DNA of 64,000 nt, taken from NCBI GenBank assembly GCA_965113315.1, contig OZ220372.1, one strand, 5' to 3'. The notes beneath the pieces were generated by a model that was not told where the DNA came from, did not search any database, and saw only the letters and a list, made by a program, of their open reading frames with translations. Source of the DNA: Podarcis vaucheri. Its lineage: Eukaryota. The position numbers and the translations under genes are program-made. Shown here in pieces: positions 38,730 to 53,066 of the stretch (its first letter is position 1; each line of letters starts with the position of its first letter).

Positions 38730-41149
38730 CTGCGAAGGCAAGCATTGCAGGTCAGCATTGATGGAGCAAAATACATTTTGTCCAAAGTGGCCCTTTTCCC
38801 TATCAGAATTTATCACCAGTTTCCATTGCTAGCTCTAACCAAGAGACTGCCATTTGAAGTTTAACAAATGCACACCCCACGGTCATATTGCCACTATCAT
38901 GGTTAGCATTCATAGTTACAATAAGCCAAAACATGAAGAAGAAAGTTTTATATGTTGAAACATAAAATGAGTAAATATGGGACCTAGATTCTTTACTTTT
39001 TCATATAAGGGCTTCCATATTTTTATTCTGCATAAGTTGTATAAGTTGATTATATACAATGAGATGCGTTTTTCTTTATTAAAAATCAACATTTGTCCGA
39101 CCATTCTAAATTTGGTATAGAGAATTCTCCTCAGTGAAAAGTCTGAATTTCCCAAACTTAACTGGACACAATAGCCAGATGAGTATCATTTAAATGTTGG
39201 GGACAGAAGGATTCTTTCCTGTAGGAATAACCCATCTTCTTTTAAGAAGGCTTTAACATCTGCCAAAGCGATTGATGCTTTCAAAACTTTAAATGTGTTA
39301 TTGAGGCTTGCCTTTCATTTAGAATTTAAAGTCCACTGTGGACTTTCCAACTTCCATTCTATAAATCTATATTACGCATGCTCAGTGGCAACAGTCATTA
39401 TGGGTGGAGCAGTGGGGGTCAGGAAATTTGATTCACACTGATATGGCCAAGGTACTGTGTCACCCCAGGAGAGATTAAAATGTTGCTGTCATTCCCTCCC
39501 CTCATACATAGATTAGAAAGATGCTCGAATATGAATAGTGAGGGTTTAACAAACCTTGATTTGGGGACACAGGCAGAGACTGAAAGCATATGGGAAAGCA
39601 GAGGCTGGGCAACAGAGTGAGGAGAAGCTAGTGAGGAAAGAAAAATATGGACGTGGAAATGCTCTCTTGTGAAAGCGTGAATTTTTGAAACTATTTTTGC
39701 AAATAATACGCAGAACTTCCACAACTTATGATGTGGCTAAAGGCCACATCCTGCCCTGGCATCCAATGTCTAGTTCTCACTGAGATGGCAAACCTGTGTC
39801 TGGTGTACATCACTTCAGACTGCAAATAAAGACTCAAATAACTGAATGCTTCTCCAAACAAACAAAATTTCCTGTGGGTAAGAAACTAGCTAGAAACCTT
39901 AGCACTAACATTATATAGAGCTACAGGAGTAGCTGCATAATTAAGGCATTTCACATTTTCTAGTAAACTACCAAATCTTTTCCTTATGAAAACTGAGATT
40001 GGTCACATCACTATTTTTTTTTTAAATCATGGAGCATCTCTTTGGTGATGAGTGCATACTACCCAAATTCCAGAGATTAGATGAAAAATGGCTGAAATAC
40101 AGTACAGCAGCTAAAAAAACTGGAACATTACCAATCACTTGAGTGTGACTATCAGTTTGTTTTTGCAGGTTAAGAAACAATGTTTCAATTTAACTGTTAG
40201 GAAACCTAGATGACTCTAGGTCCCTTCCAATTCTGTGATTCCGAGTCTCCATCCCACAATGTTTTCACCCTCCACGGTTAGTGTTACATGTTCTGCAATC
40301 TTATTAAGTATGAATAGAATTAAGATTGTAAACTCTGGCTTCCAACTAATCATGACTAGCACTGGCTTCAGTGCATCTGGTTATGGACAAGAGATTATGC
40401 AGCATTACCATGTATTTGTTCACAGATTTGTAACTGTGTGCTTAAGTATTTGATAGGGTCTGCTTTCAGAATAGACATGATGCAGGGATAGGCAAAGAGG
40501 TGTCCTGCAGATGTTGTTTGACTTCCAACTCCCATTAGCCCCAGTCAGCATGGTATGATACGAATTGTACTCATCAACATCTGGAGGGCATCATGTTGGC
40601 TACTCCAGTGACTTAAAAGATTTAAAGTGTTTTTCTTCTTGGTTGTTTCTGAAGCTATTTACATGTGCCGCCTCTAGGGCTGGGTAGTATGATGTCCAAT
40701 ACACCTGTACAAGTTATTAGAATTCCAAAATTCAGTTCTCTAGCAAACCGAGCCATATATTTCAGCTTTTTACCCTGTCCAGAAGTACCCTAACAGTGGT
40801 GTTGCCAGATACTTAAAAGACTAAGGGCACAGGTCCATGACTCATGTGCATAAAGTATTATGCTAATTTATATGCTTAGATGCAAATTTAGGCTGACTTT
40901 CAAATGGGAAAAAACTCTTACTCTTGAGGTCACCAAATGTTTTGCACTAGTGCGTACACTGAATTTTTAGAGGGTTGGGGGACCATTCACAAAATGGTTG
41001 CAATGGGGAGCATATTATAACACAAAATTACAGAAACAACCATCCCTGACAATTTTATTCCATGTCCTGCTGGTTCTGAATACTGAGAACGAACACACAC
41101 CCATAACTTACTTTCTAGGAAGGCTACAGAATTACTTTTTAAAAAAGAA

Positions 41150-41512
41150 GGAGGTATGATGGCCATCTTCAAATATATAAAGGGATATCACAGGAAGATG
41201 GAGCAAGTTTGTTTTCTCCTGCTACTGAGGGCACAACGCAAACCAATAGCTTCAAGGTACAAGAAAGGAGATTCCTACATAACATCAGGAAGAATTTTCT
41301 GACAGTAAGATCTGTTCAACAGTGGAATGTGGTGGACTCTCCTTCCTTGGAGGTTTGTAAGCAGAGGTTGGATGGCCATCTGTCTTGGATGCTTTAGTTG
41401 ACTCTTAATCACAGGGTTCAAGCCCCACATTGGGCAAAATATTCTTGCATTGCAGGGGATTGAACTAAATGACCCTCAGGGTCCCTACCACCTCTACAAT
41501 TCTATGATTCTA
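41150..41512 (+). mobile_element. CR1 3' fragment followed by a tRNA-headed SINE with CR1 tail
   Basis: FKVQERRFLHNIRKNFLTVR remnant, then gactcttaatc...agccccacattggg and a ttctatgattct tail. Confidence 0.75.
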
Positions 41513-42995
41513 TAATTAAGACATACATGGTAAAAAAAGTCACCAGTTATGGGGTACATGAGGGCATACAATTAAAGAATAAAACTAAAGAATTACTGGA
41601 AATAAGGGTTAACAACATTTCTTGGTCTTCAAGCCATACATGATTCATAATAGGCACTTCCTTTTCTGATCCAAGTAGACTAATAAATTCTACAAATCCC
41701 TTACCTTTTAAAATTTCACCAACTATTTACTCTCCATATTTCTCTAACCGCTTCAGCCCAATGGCATTGCCAGAATTCTTACAACTCACTAGCCTCTGCT
41801 TTAAGTATGAGCCTAACACCTTGCTGGGCTTTAGAGATAAGCTCTTATCATCTCCAGACATCCACTGTTTGGTTGTGCAACATGAGTTGGCCAATTTTAA
41901 ACTCCTGTCTTGCATAACCAATAGGAAGACTGTCATTACTTGCTGCTTTACAAATGTTAGAATCCAATTTATCTGAATTCACTTTAAAAACTTATTATAA
42001 AGATAAAAGAAATCTGCCATAGGTCAAAGAATAAATTAAGAGTACAAATGTGGCTGTATGACTATTATCACAAGGGGTAATGCAGCATATGAAATACACC
42101 ATATCAGCTTTTTCTTTCAAAAAGTATTTTAATTTTCTGTGTAAGTTGCTTTGAACACCAAAGAGTAAGAAGTCTAAAATTTCAAAATGGGCTACTTCCC
42201 TTCACTTAAATGGGTATAAATTATTTTGTGTACACCAGTACTGCATTGCTTTATGCTTTTAATGGCAAACCATGGTCTGGCTAATTACTCTTCTCCCACC
42301 TTGCATTCTTCAATTCACTCACTTCTTTGTAGAAACAGGCAAAGTTTTGAGTTCTGCAAGCCATAGTTTATCTACGTTCAAACTATGGCTTCCAGTTCTG
42401 TTTGCAGTTAAATTGTCTTCCCAGTTTAAGATACAATGATTTATGCAAAGATGTGTACTTAGGTTGCCCCCTCACAAGAGGATACAGTGCACAAACCCGA
42501 CACTTGGGCAACTAAGTGGCAGAAATTATGGCTTCCCTTACATGTGAAAAGAACCATAAAGTGCAACCAAGTTTTAAAAGTCTCTACGCATCAGATGACG
42601 GGCCATGGGCAAGTACAGTATTCACTCAATTTTCCTATCCAACGAATAGTATTCATTTACTTCAGGAATGTGCACATCTACACAGACCACTGTAGGAGAC
42701 TCCACTTTTGACCACAATGTTCCATGAGGATATTCCACTGGTCCTACTTAAAACCTAAGCAATGGTTATGTAATCCCACAAATAAGCATGTGTCTTATTT
42801 AGTTACTACCATCTTTCGAGACATCCTAGGCCAGTGTTTCTTGAACAATAGAGCTTGGGTCATTTTCAGGTGGGCTTCAGTGTCATAGCCTGCTCAGTGC
42901 CCCCTAGCTCTGCCACAGTCAGACTAATGCCACCGCCTGCAGGTCCTTGCATGCTGGTGACCAGAAAACAGAGAGGTTCCGGCAGAGAGAGGGAT

Positions 42996-43026
42996 GGAAG
43001 GAAGGAAGGAAGGAAGGAAGGAAGGA
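42996..43026. repeat. (GGAA)n microsatellite
   Basis: Seen directly. Confidence 0.9.
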
Positions 43027-43813
43027 ATCCCTCCTCTGAGGGTAAAAGGAAAGAGGAGGTGTTAAAGGAAATAAGAAAATAAGATAAACATTGACATGTA
43101 ATAATAAATAAGAAAACAAACTGGGACTACAATGGAAGGGGGTTAAAAGAGGAAAGCTATGATGGGAGGAAGAAGTGAATGTAAAAGAACCAGGGAAGAG
43201 GAAATAAAAAAATGTCAGAGGCTGCTAGTCACAAAAAGGATGGAGTTAAAATTTGGAATAATAATACTAATAGTAGTGGTAGTAGTGGTGGTAAGTATCC
43301 CGCCCACCTGACTGGGTTGTCCCAGCTACTCTGAGTGGCTTCCAACACATATAAAAGCATAATAAAACATTCAACATTAAAAAAACAAAAAACTTCCCTA
43401 TACAGGGCTGCCTTCAGATGTCTTCTAACCTTATCTCCTTGACATCTGATGGGAGGGCGCCAACATCATCACTTTCTCCTGCTATCTAGCCCATCTTTGG
43501 AAATTGCTAAATTTATTTGCCACATTTCCTCATGGAAAGGAATTCCACTGCTCACCTTTACTCAAGCTAAGCATAACATTTCTCTGGAGGTATTGTGACA
43601 AAATATTAGGCAAAACATGCTGATCAAGAGGCTCTTGCAGATTTTCCCTTTCCACAACCACACGCCTCTCAACCCATCTTTTATAATTTGTTCTCCCATT
43701 CTTCTTTCACAGACAACTTATACCTTTTCCTTCCCTTCCAAAAATACCCGTTTTCACTTGTCTCAGGTGGACTATTGGGGTAGAAAGGCCTAGGGTTCCT
43801 GAGAAAACTAGTA

Positions 43814-44007
43814 CAGTCGTAACTCGGAAGTCAAACGCCTTGCGAGACAAACGTTTTGGCTCCCAAATGCCGCAAACCCAAAAGTGATTGTTCCGGTTTG
43901 CGAACATTCTTTGGAACCTGAATGTTCGTTGCAGCTTGGTTCATGAACATTGTGGAAGTCAAATGGACTTCTGGAATGGATTCCGTTCGACTTCCGAGGA
44001 ACGACTG
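43814..44007. mobile_element. Tc1/mariner (Tigger-like) MITE
   Basis: TIR CAGTCGTAACTCGGAAGTCAAACG / CGTTCGACTTCCGAGGAACGACTG with TA TSD. Confidence 0.85.
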
Positions 44008-45044
44008 TAATAGGTGAATAGCTTCTGGGCAATTTGCTTACTATTACCAATATGCAATTACGTGGGGGGGGGACATATTAGGCAAGTTCAACAGTGCACT
44101 CACTTTGTCCAGGGGCAACTGCTAAGCACAATAGGCCTGGCCAGTACATCATACAAACCAAGGGTATGCCATAAAATGAGCTTCAGATTTGTCACAGAGC
44201 GACTCCAACACATTTGGCAGAGAAATAACATAAGAATGGTTTCCCCAAGAGCAGGAAATTATATTTATTACCTTATAAAAATATTTATATATCAGCCTCT
44301 CATAAATTGCTTGTGTGCAGCAATATAAAAACATTTTAAAACAATTAAAATGTTTTGCTCTAGGCTTTATCAAGTACATAGTGAGATCATCACCCTACAA
44401 TATTTTAGTTTATGTTTTTATCATACCCTTCCCCCAAGTTCAGTGTGGTTCACATGGCCCCCTTCCCTCTCCATTCCCCTCCATCCATTTCATCTTCACA
44501 ATAGCTCTGTGTGTGCATGTGTCATTAGCCAAAGGTCACTCTAGTGAGATTCATGGCCAACTGGAGATTTGAACCTGCATCCTCCAAGTCTTTTTTATGT
44601 TTGATAAGAACAGATCTTATAAAACAGGCATCCCCAAACTCAGCCCTCCAGATGTTTTGGGACCAAAAACATCTGGAGGGGCCGATTTGGGGGATAGCTG
44701 TTATAAAAGTTCTGGGGGGGAGCATGTTAATGTGAACCAAGTCGTGAAGCAAAGCAGCTTCCTGTGTACTCTGGTCAGTATCTTTGGAGATGCTTTAACA
44801 ATGAGAGGATTTACAACCTAGTTTCTTTCCTTTCCACCAGCCACAATAGCATTAATAGCTAAAGGGTTTCATAAAAGTGTTTGTCTTTTTCTCCCATTAC
44901 AAACACAAGACTAACAGAAACAAATTTTTTTTCCAGCATGAGCAAAAGAAGCCAACTCATCCTTGTGAGCCCAGAGGAAACAAAGCCCAAACGTAAAGTG
45001 GCCAGCTTGACAACTGATTCCAAGAGGTTAGCTAGCTTGGAATA

Positions 45045-45269
45045 CAGTGGTACCTTGGGTTAAGTACTTAATTCGTTCCAGAGGTCCGTTTTTAACCTGA
45101 AACTGTTCTTAACCTGAAGACCACTTTAGCTAATGGGGTCTCCTGCTGCCGCCGCACCGCTGGAGCACGATTTCTGTTCTCATCCTAAAGCAAAGTTCTT
45201 GACCCGAGGTATTATTTCTGGGTTAGTGGAGTCTGTAACCTGAAGTGTATGTAACCCAAGGTACCACTG
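45045..45269. mobile_element. Tc1/mariner-type MITE, family A
   Basis: TIRs and TA TSD. Confidence 0.9.
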
Positions 45270-45358
45270 TATATCAAATAAAATCAAATAAGAACTGGAT
45301 TGGATCACTTCAAACAAATATTACTACAACACTTTTACTTTAACAAATGTTGTACAAC

Positions 45359-45484
45359 CAGGGCTTCTTTTCAGCAGGAACTCACCGGAACAAGTTCCGG
45401 CACCTCTCATGTGGGCACCGTTGCCATTCTAAGAGAACAAGCGAGGTGAGTTCCGGCACCTCTTTTTCTAAAAAAACAGTACTG
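45359..45484. mobile_element. hAT-like MITE
   Basis: Perfect 8-bp TSD TGTACAAC; CAG...CTG ends; internal agttccggcacctct repeat. Confidence 0.8.
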
Positions 45485-47282
45485 TGTACAACTATGCCTC
45501 ATTCATCTCAATAACCAATTATAAAAATTTACCTTTTACTGGGGCAGAATGTAATTTGCCTAAGAATCTGAAGAAAATTGCTGAGCAATAATTTAGAGTG
45601 CACAACTGATACTAAAATCATTCAACATAATTGACTGCTCTGGGTCTCTGTAGCAAGTATTAGCAATTACTCAGGTAAAGCTCCAAAGCATACTGAAATG
45701 CAAAAGTCCATGTTCAGATATAAAAACAGTAGGGACAAGGTTGGATGATGAATGAGTTTGCATGTGCATACTCCTTAGCTCCTGTAGTATCTACATCCCA
45801 TCACTGCGCTCTTTCAGTACCACTATCCATTCAGTGTTATCCAAATTAAGGTAGTAATGTGTTTATCTGATTGTGGGAAAGGCCATAGCTCAGTGATAGC
45901 ACACACACTGCACAAATTATAGTACTCAAACACTTCCAGTTATAAGATCAAGTAACAAAGCTGTAAAAGCAAGAATGGATGGTACTGGCCCAAATGGAAG
46001 AGTGCTCAGACTCCATAAAAAGCAGATTCATATGTTTAGTGCCAATACCATACTTCCAATATTAATTTTAGCCAAGCAATTTGCTAGATATCTGTAGCAA
46101 GTAGCAGTTATCCTCAGATAAGTGGCAATATACACATACATAAATGCTTGCATATCACCTCACACACTTGAGCAGAAGGATTACTTGTAAATACCACAAA
46201 CAAATTGCACATGCCTAGGCTGCAAGCAGAGCACTATGCTTGCCAAGCTGGGAACCAGCACCATGACAGCTGCACTAACAGGTCTCTGTGTTCTGGCCTT
46301 TAAACCTCTGAAGAATGTGTGAAGGCTCCACCTCCTCTAGTCTTAAATAAAACTACTATCACACAACACTTAATTTCAAATCACAGGTAACAAGTGGGCT
46401 ATCAGAGAAGCATAGGTGAACACTGCAAAATTTGCAAGCAGGAGTATAACACTTACTGTTAATTATCAGGGAACAGTGTTTTGTGATTGTGTTGGTAGTG
46501 TAATATGAACTGTTCTTCAACCTTTATCTAGACTGAAAAGGCTTATTCAGAATACAGATTTATGCTGCTGCGTTTTCAAGATGGGCTACAGTTACCAATT
46601 CAAATAGTAGCTGTAATGAATGAGTTTTACACACTTTCCATCAAGTACTTGTTCAACAAAACAGTAATAATTTGTGACATTTGCAACTTAGCTAAAACTA
46701 GCTAAACTAAAGATATTTTATGTTACCCTAAGTGTTACATGAATTGGTTCAAATGAGTTATACAGTATACACTTCTTCAGTAGATAAGCTTCTTAAAAGG
46801 TTGATTTAAGCCAGTCCACAGAAATTACTAACCAATAAAATATGTTTAGTCTATACAGCCCTATAGTATTTACAGTTCATCAGTGGTCTAGAAGGAACAC
46901 TCAGCTCTTTCCATTTTACAAAATCTTCCCTGCCCAATTGCCTAAAAGCAACATTTTCTTGTCACAAGCAACCAGGCGAGTGACTATTTACATCCCCATT
47001 TGAAATGTGTATATTGATCAGGAATAATTGCTGCATAAAGATGAGGAAAGACTCCAAGATATAAATATTCCCATGGAAACAATATTCTTGTATTAATTGC
47101 CACATTTTATGGTATTGTTAATATCAGCACTGGACTAAAATAAAACTTTGTATGTATTTAATCTTTATCAATACAATGAATTTTATCTGGAAATACCATG
47201 TACATGTTTCAAACCTACATATTCACAGTAATAGTTAATCGTATCAACATTTACCCTAGTCTCATTCTGTGAATTCACTGAC

Positions 47283-47327
47283 CTTGGAACCAGCTTCCGA
47301 CAAAATTTCTCCCTCATCAGTTTGCAT
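47283..47327 (-). CDS. TNRC6B: TNRC6B distal-isoform start, MQTDEGEILSEAGSK (whole exon 47283-47372)
   Basis: Acceptor ttatttttag|GCAG and donor AAG|gtcagt. Recalled human sequence MQTNEGEVSEESSSK. Confidence 0.9.
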
Positions 47328-48201
47328 GGGAACGGAATCTGTGCAAAACTCTGCTGAAACACGAAATTCTGCCTAAAAATAAATAAAATGAAGGATGTTA
47401 TAATAAAATAGTTGGAATCTGAAATTTTATGAGTCATACTGCACATTGTAAATACTGAGGATTCTTAGGCCATTAAAAAAAATCACCCAGATTGCAATCA
47501 GGTCTCAGGAGTAAAGGCACAAGGGGCCCAGACAGGCAAGTGGGGAGAAACACACACATAAAGTAGTTTGGAGCTGGTAGATGTAGTCTTTGGAAAGGCT
47601 AGTAGTTATTCACTCATCTGCCAATCATATGGCTATTTCAGATTAAATAGTTTTAAGAAAGAACAGGTAGCCAAGGTTTGGGGGAAATGTCCTCAAAGGC
47701 CAAATTAGGACTCATGCCAGGCCTAACTAGGCCCCCATGCTGGAGAGTGCCAATCCATGAACTAGAGGATAAGGAACCCATCTCTAATGCCTACTGTGCT
47801 GAAGTCTCCAAATGCATACAACTCTCTCCAGTATTCAGTTATGCCACAGCTTTTCAGCTGAACAAAACATTATCAGAAGTCTCAATGACTGTATTACTGA
47901 AAGCATGTTTATACTGGCAGTAAAAAAAAAACTTTTTTATCTTAACATGACATGCTTAAACTGTACATACAAAACTCCACATGAAACAGGACAACATAAA
48001 ACACTTCTCTAATAGGCATTCTGTGTGACTTCTCTAGACCATAATCAATGTATCATAATTCCCTGCAAAAGAGAGTGTATTCCCTCAATTTCATGACTTA
48101 CGGTATGTCCAAAGATCAAACAACTGTTCTGTACACCTTTACCTTCTCTACCCACCTCTGCTTTCTACTAACAGTACACTTGTATTTTAAACAGAAGTTA
48201 C

Positions 48202-48274
48202 CTCGACAGCTTCTCAGGGCTGCTGAAGCCCGAAAGGACCCATCCCGGCTACATTCAGTGCAAAAGTCAAACCA
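48202..48274 (-). other. TNRC6B: TNRC6B 73-nt leader exon 2 (5'UTR or uORF-coding)
   Basis: Strong acceptor tgttttttttttgcag| and donor GAG|gtaact. GC/CpG-richer than flanks and located between exon 1 and the MQTD exon. Confidence 0.78.
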
Positions 48275-48934
48275 CTGCAAAAAAAAAACAAATTGAAAAA
48301 AATTACTATTATTCAAAGCACATAAGCATGACATACAAAAATTCCTGGTTGCTTTTTTGCAGTTGGTATTTTTTTACACCTGGTAAAGATGACAGGAAAT
48401 TTAAAATCTGTAGTGAGACTTGATAATCGAAAAGAAATATTGCATTCCAACACTGTCTTACAAATTTGTATAATAATGGAACTGGCTAAAATGCATTGTG
48501 GCTGTTAAGATCAAACATTTCCACATACTCAGTAGTGTACTAAATTATACTCTGCAGCACCTAATCACCAAAAGAAACCAAAAGATGGTAACCAGAAAGT
48601 CATAGTAGGAACCACTAACATGCAGTTCTGCAGCCTGACATGAATGGAAAGCAACAATCAAGTTGTAAGTTTAAATTTTTCTTCCCAAAAAGTTACCTTG
48701 ACATACATTTGATTCCAAAGAGGACTGGCACTAAATACATATTTGCATAAGGGAACATGTTAGCTTGTAGTTAAGGGAAATGGCAAATTAAAGAACGTTA
48801 ACATGTTTCAGGGGAAAGAATATATATATTCAGAGACCTCACTTCAAACCTCTACACCAAAGATGGTGCAGATTACTGCTGACAAGCATTTCAGATTTTC
48901 CATCAATCAAGCTTTCTGTGTAGTTGAAAGCTGA

Positions 48935-49365
48935 CAGAATATGCCGAATTAGATGGTTTATCAGAAAAAATAAAGACTAAATCAAAACCAGAATTTGTTT
49001 CTAAATGGGAGGTTTTCAAAGAATATCTGAAAAATAAATATAGTAGTTAAATTCTGTTGCAGCATTCGAGGAACTTCAGTGATAGTTGCTAGGTAGATAG
49101 AAGAAATTAGATTTATTGAGAATAAGTTTAATTATGAAAAAAAATGTGTATTGGCAATACGTAATATGAATTTGAAATATGGAATAGACGGGAAGTTGGG
49201 TCTTTAGTGTTAAGACCAATAGATGTTTTATTGTTTGCCAAGAAAATTATGTGTCTATGGTTATTTTTGTAATTTGTGTGTAATTTGGTATTTGTGTTTT
49301 TCTGCGTGTGTTTTTTTCTTGTTTGTATAAATAAATAAAATTATCTAAAAAAAGAAAAGAAAATG
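48935..49365 (+). mobile_element. L1-like LINE 3' end
   Basis: YAELDGLSEKIKTKSKPEFVSKWEVFKEYL resembles a squamate L1 ORF2 C-terminus; T-rich 3'UTR, AATAAA and A-rich tail. Confidence 0.6.
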
Positions 49366-49626
49366 GAAATCTATTTCAAGGTGAATGGTCTCACCTGTAT
49401 ATTATGCTCAGACATAGATTAACATTATTACATACTAGCAATAGTTTCTTTATGAGATTCACACTAATATCAAGCACATGTGGTATATGTTAACATAGCA
49501 TATGAGTTAAAACATTTTAATTTTCGAAGAAAAGCAAATTGTTCAGCTATCATGATTGCAGAAAAGTTTGGAAAACAAATACTCTTGCCTAATGCAATGC
49601 AACAGCAGCATTTTGTTAGTCACTGG

Positions 49627-49944
49627 CAGTGGCAAAGCATATACCTGTGCTGCCCAGGGCGGGCGCACTCCTGTGGGGGCGCAGCAGGTGCCCTCCCATG
49701 TGCCACAGTTCAGGGTAGGAGAGGGGCTGGGAAGCTGCTGCTCACTCTCCTCCTGCTCTCTGCAGCTGGGTCAAACATGACCCGGCAACAGAGCTGCTGC
49801 CGCCGGGTGTGCCTCGTCATGGCTGAGGAGGGCTGCTGCCGCTGGGCACAAGGTGTGCTGCCCACTCACCTGCCATTTTGTCACCCCCCTGTCATGACAC
49901 CTGGGGCGGACCGCACCCACCACACACCCCTTCCTACGCCTCTG
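49627..49944. mobile_element. hAT-like non-autonomous element
   Basis: CAGTGGC...GCCTCTG ends; TSD gtcactgg/gccactgg; GC-rich block in AT-rich DNA. Confidence 0.65.
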
Positions 49945-50429
49945 GCCACTGGAGCATAAAGATAAGTGAAGGCAACTAGAGTGGTTGCAGCACTGTCCAG
50001 TGTTTTCAAGCCTGTACAGGTAGTCACTATCACAGATGAATGCAGAATCAATTTTATGGTATATGCCACTATATTTTCCAAGGTGACAACTTGTTTCAGA
50101 ACAGCAAAATGCCTTCTATCAACTAACATACATGCAAATAAGTATTTGCATATTTAAAAACAAATTTTGCATTTCCTAAGGAACTTACACAGAGGCTGGG
50201 AATGACTGCTCTAAAAACAGCAAAATAACTGGAGCTGATGACAAAAAATGGTACACTCTCTCATGGTAGCCACAATTTTTATACAAAGTAGCATGGGGTT
50301 AAAACTTAAACCAAAGATGGGGAACTTTTTTCAGACCCAAAGTTACATTTCCATGTTGTAAAGGTGTTGGGAGCAGCATTTCAGCATATGATGAGGCCAG
50401 ACAAAAACAATCACACACCATTACTCCCG

Positions 50430-50431
<2 letters not shown>

Positions 50432-50473
<42 letters not shown>
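50432..50473. repeat. (CA)n microsatellite
   Basis: Seen directly. Confidence 0.95.
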
Positions 50474-50474
<1 letters not shown>

Positions 50475-50849
50475 ATCCTTCTGAGTCTCCTCTTCAGCAA
50501 ATCCACACAGATAAGCTAAGGTGAGTATTTTCATCCCCATATGAAGTACTAGGTATGCTCACCAGAAATGAAAAATCATGCACTCTCCCCTGAGTAAGTC
50601 AAATTATATTTTTTAAAAAGTGGTGGGGAATCCTTTGTCTGATGGTTGATAGGTAGGACTACCCAATCTGGCTTGCAGTCACCTTTTCACTTTTCCCTCC
50701 CCCCCCCCCCAGCAATTAGGGGAAATTGGAGTAGAAGCCACAATGTCTGATTAGCTCAGGCTCAAGTACTATCTCTTCTCCTCTGGTAGTGTCACAGGGA
50801 AATTGGAAGCTTTTAAACTAACCACAGTTTATGTTGAAAGGACAGTTGA

Positions 50850-50985
50850 GTCACTAGAGTGTGAGACTCTTAATTTCAGGGTTGTGGATTTGAGCCCCAC
50901 ATTGGGCAGAAGATTCCTGCATTGCCGGGGGCTGAATGAGAAGACCCTTCGGATCCCTTCCAACTCTACAGTTCTATGATTCTAT
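50850..50985 (+). mobile_element. tRNA(Lys)-like-headed SINE with CR1-type tail
   Basis: gagactcttaatttcagggttgtggatttgagccccacattgggc...cccttccaactctacagttctatgattct. Confidence 0.72.
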
Positions 50986-52213
50986 CATTATATCCAAACC
51001 CAGACAAATTGATCAGTCTGAACTTTGGTTCAGGGAATCAAGTACTGTACTATATAATGGCTACCAGGCACCTACCTTTCTTACAAAGTCATACAGTATG
51101 GAGGCCTATGGGCTATGCACTATCCACATGCTAGTTTTATCCTGTATTTATTTATACTGTGTTTATATCCTACCTTTCTCCAAACAGCTCAATGTAGCAT
51201 TCAAGATTCACTTCCTCTCCCTTTTATCCTCACAGCAACCTTGTTACTGGCCCAAGGTCACCCAAATGAGCTTTATGGCTGAATGATGTTCTCAACCTTA
51301 GTCTCCCAGTCCTAATCTAGAACTTTAACTACTATACCACACCAGCTTTTAGCTGAGGTTATGTGCACTCACCAGAAGTGGATACATGAAGAACATCCAA
51401 TCTTTTCTCTTTCTCCAGCCTACCACATGCAATATGAAGCACTTAGGTCAACTAGAAGTCCATCCCCAACTTTTACCATGATTAAGGAATGTTTTGGTAC
51501 AGATTGTAACCATGGTTAACACTAACCAATGTTGATTTCACAGGACCCCTCTGAATGCTATGAGCTATCCTCAGTGCAAATTGCGTCCCCTTACATACGA
51601 TGCTAACCCTCATACTAAGGAGGCTAACCCACTTCCATTGTGAATGGACAGGCACAGCATTGTTGTTAGTCAATGCTCTACTTATGCTAGGCAATGAAAG
51701 TGGTTTGTTCACAAAAAAGAATTCCGTGATTAAGAGAACTTGATAACATCAACATCACTATCTGAAAAAAGCAACTTACTAATCAACTCCATATTACTTA
51801 GCCACAAAATTCTGGTCTGGCCTTTATGGACATGCAGGAGAAGAAAATTCTGAAGGTTTGGGGGTATATTAACACCTTTCCAGCCTCCACTAATTCTGCC
51901 ACTCCCCGCCCCATATCAGAATTAGCAGGGTGAGAGAAGACACTGCTCTTGGCTAACCTATAGTGTACATTGCAAGCAATCCAAATAAAAAAAATTGAAT
52001 TAATAAGATTTTTTGGTAGCATTATGACACATATAAAAGCAAAAAAGAAAAATTATTGGATTTATACTCCACTTAGAGGAAATTGTCTACAAAGTAGCTG
52101 ATAATATACCAAAGTAATAAATACTGTATTACAATTTTAAAATGAATAACTATGATATATTTTGTTTCCATATAGTAGAAATGTCATTTTTAAAGCACAA
52201 TTAACATGATGAA

Positions 52214-52458
52214 CTCCTGCCAACCTAGCAGTTCGAAAGAACGTCATGTGCAAGTAGATAAATAGGGACCGCTCCGGCAGGAAGGTAAACGGCGTTTTCG
52301 TGTGCTGCTCTGGTTCGCCAGAAGCAGCTCAGTCATGCTGGCCACATTACCCGGAAACTGCGGACAAACGCCGGCTTCCTCGGCCTATAGAGCAAGATGA
52401 GAGCGCAACCCCAGAGTCGGACACGACTGGACCTAATGGTCAGGGGTCCCTTTACCTT
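52214..52458 (+). mobile_element. Sauria SINE, 5'-truncated
   Basis: ccctttacctt tail; 13-bp TSD TTAACATGATGAA at 52201-52213 and 52459-52471. Confidence 0.92.
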
Positions 52459-53066
52459 TTAACATGATGAAAGCACTATTTATAAAGTTAAACTTGGATT
52501 GCAGGCACAAACGCTGCAGAAAACTCTCCTTATATTCAGAAAAAATACCCCAAATGTATTATCCCAATTCAGAATAGAAAAATAAAAAGGTTTTACTTCA
52601 TAATAAAAGCCCTAGGTCACCTAATTAAAAAAAATAGGATCCCACCAAGGGTATGCAACTATATGGAGTCTGAAGGAAATTGAGCAGGAAAACCAATTAC
52701 ACTAGGATAGGCATTTCCTTTTAACACTACAGTACTTTTGAAATAACATATAGTAGCTGAAAGACAAGAGTGCTGCACAGAATCTAACAAAGCTCAATGT
52801 AAATAATTAGCATTACTTTGGGGTAATCAGAGAATAAGACTACCATACCACTCTGTGCCCACAGCAACATGTTCTTAAGAGTTTAGATAACTTCAGTGAA
52901 TAAAGGTTATGGCCTGATTTTACCCTGAAATGTGGATTTGAAACAAAGTTTCATCACTGATGTTATTTCACAAGAGCAAATAAATGTCAGTTTTACTCTA
53001 CTACCCATGGCATTGGAAAGGCAGGTGAGGTATGGCAAGAGCAGATCATTGCCTCCAAGTTTCCAG

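Noticed and set aside
43724-43799. Possible minus-strand cassette exon (GTLGLSTPIVHLRQ...)
   Set aside because: Weak donor, no homology, and the 47283>38729 join already reproduces the known protein.
41700-45570. GT donor look-alikes at ~41704, ~43555 and ~45532
   Set aside because: In-frame stops or no good acceptor; expected by chance in long introns.
49480-49959. 159-aa plus-strand ORF
   Set aside because: Mostly lies within a GC-rich non-autonomous transposon.
50850-50910. tRNA-Lys-like sequence (also ~41400 and ~14310)
   Set aside because: Degenerate SINE heads fused to retroposon tails, not intact cloverleaves.
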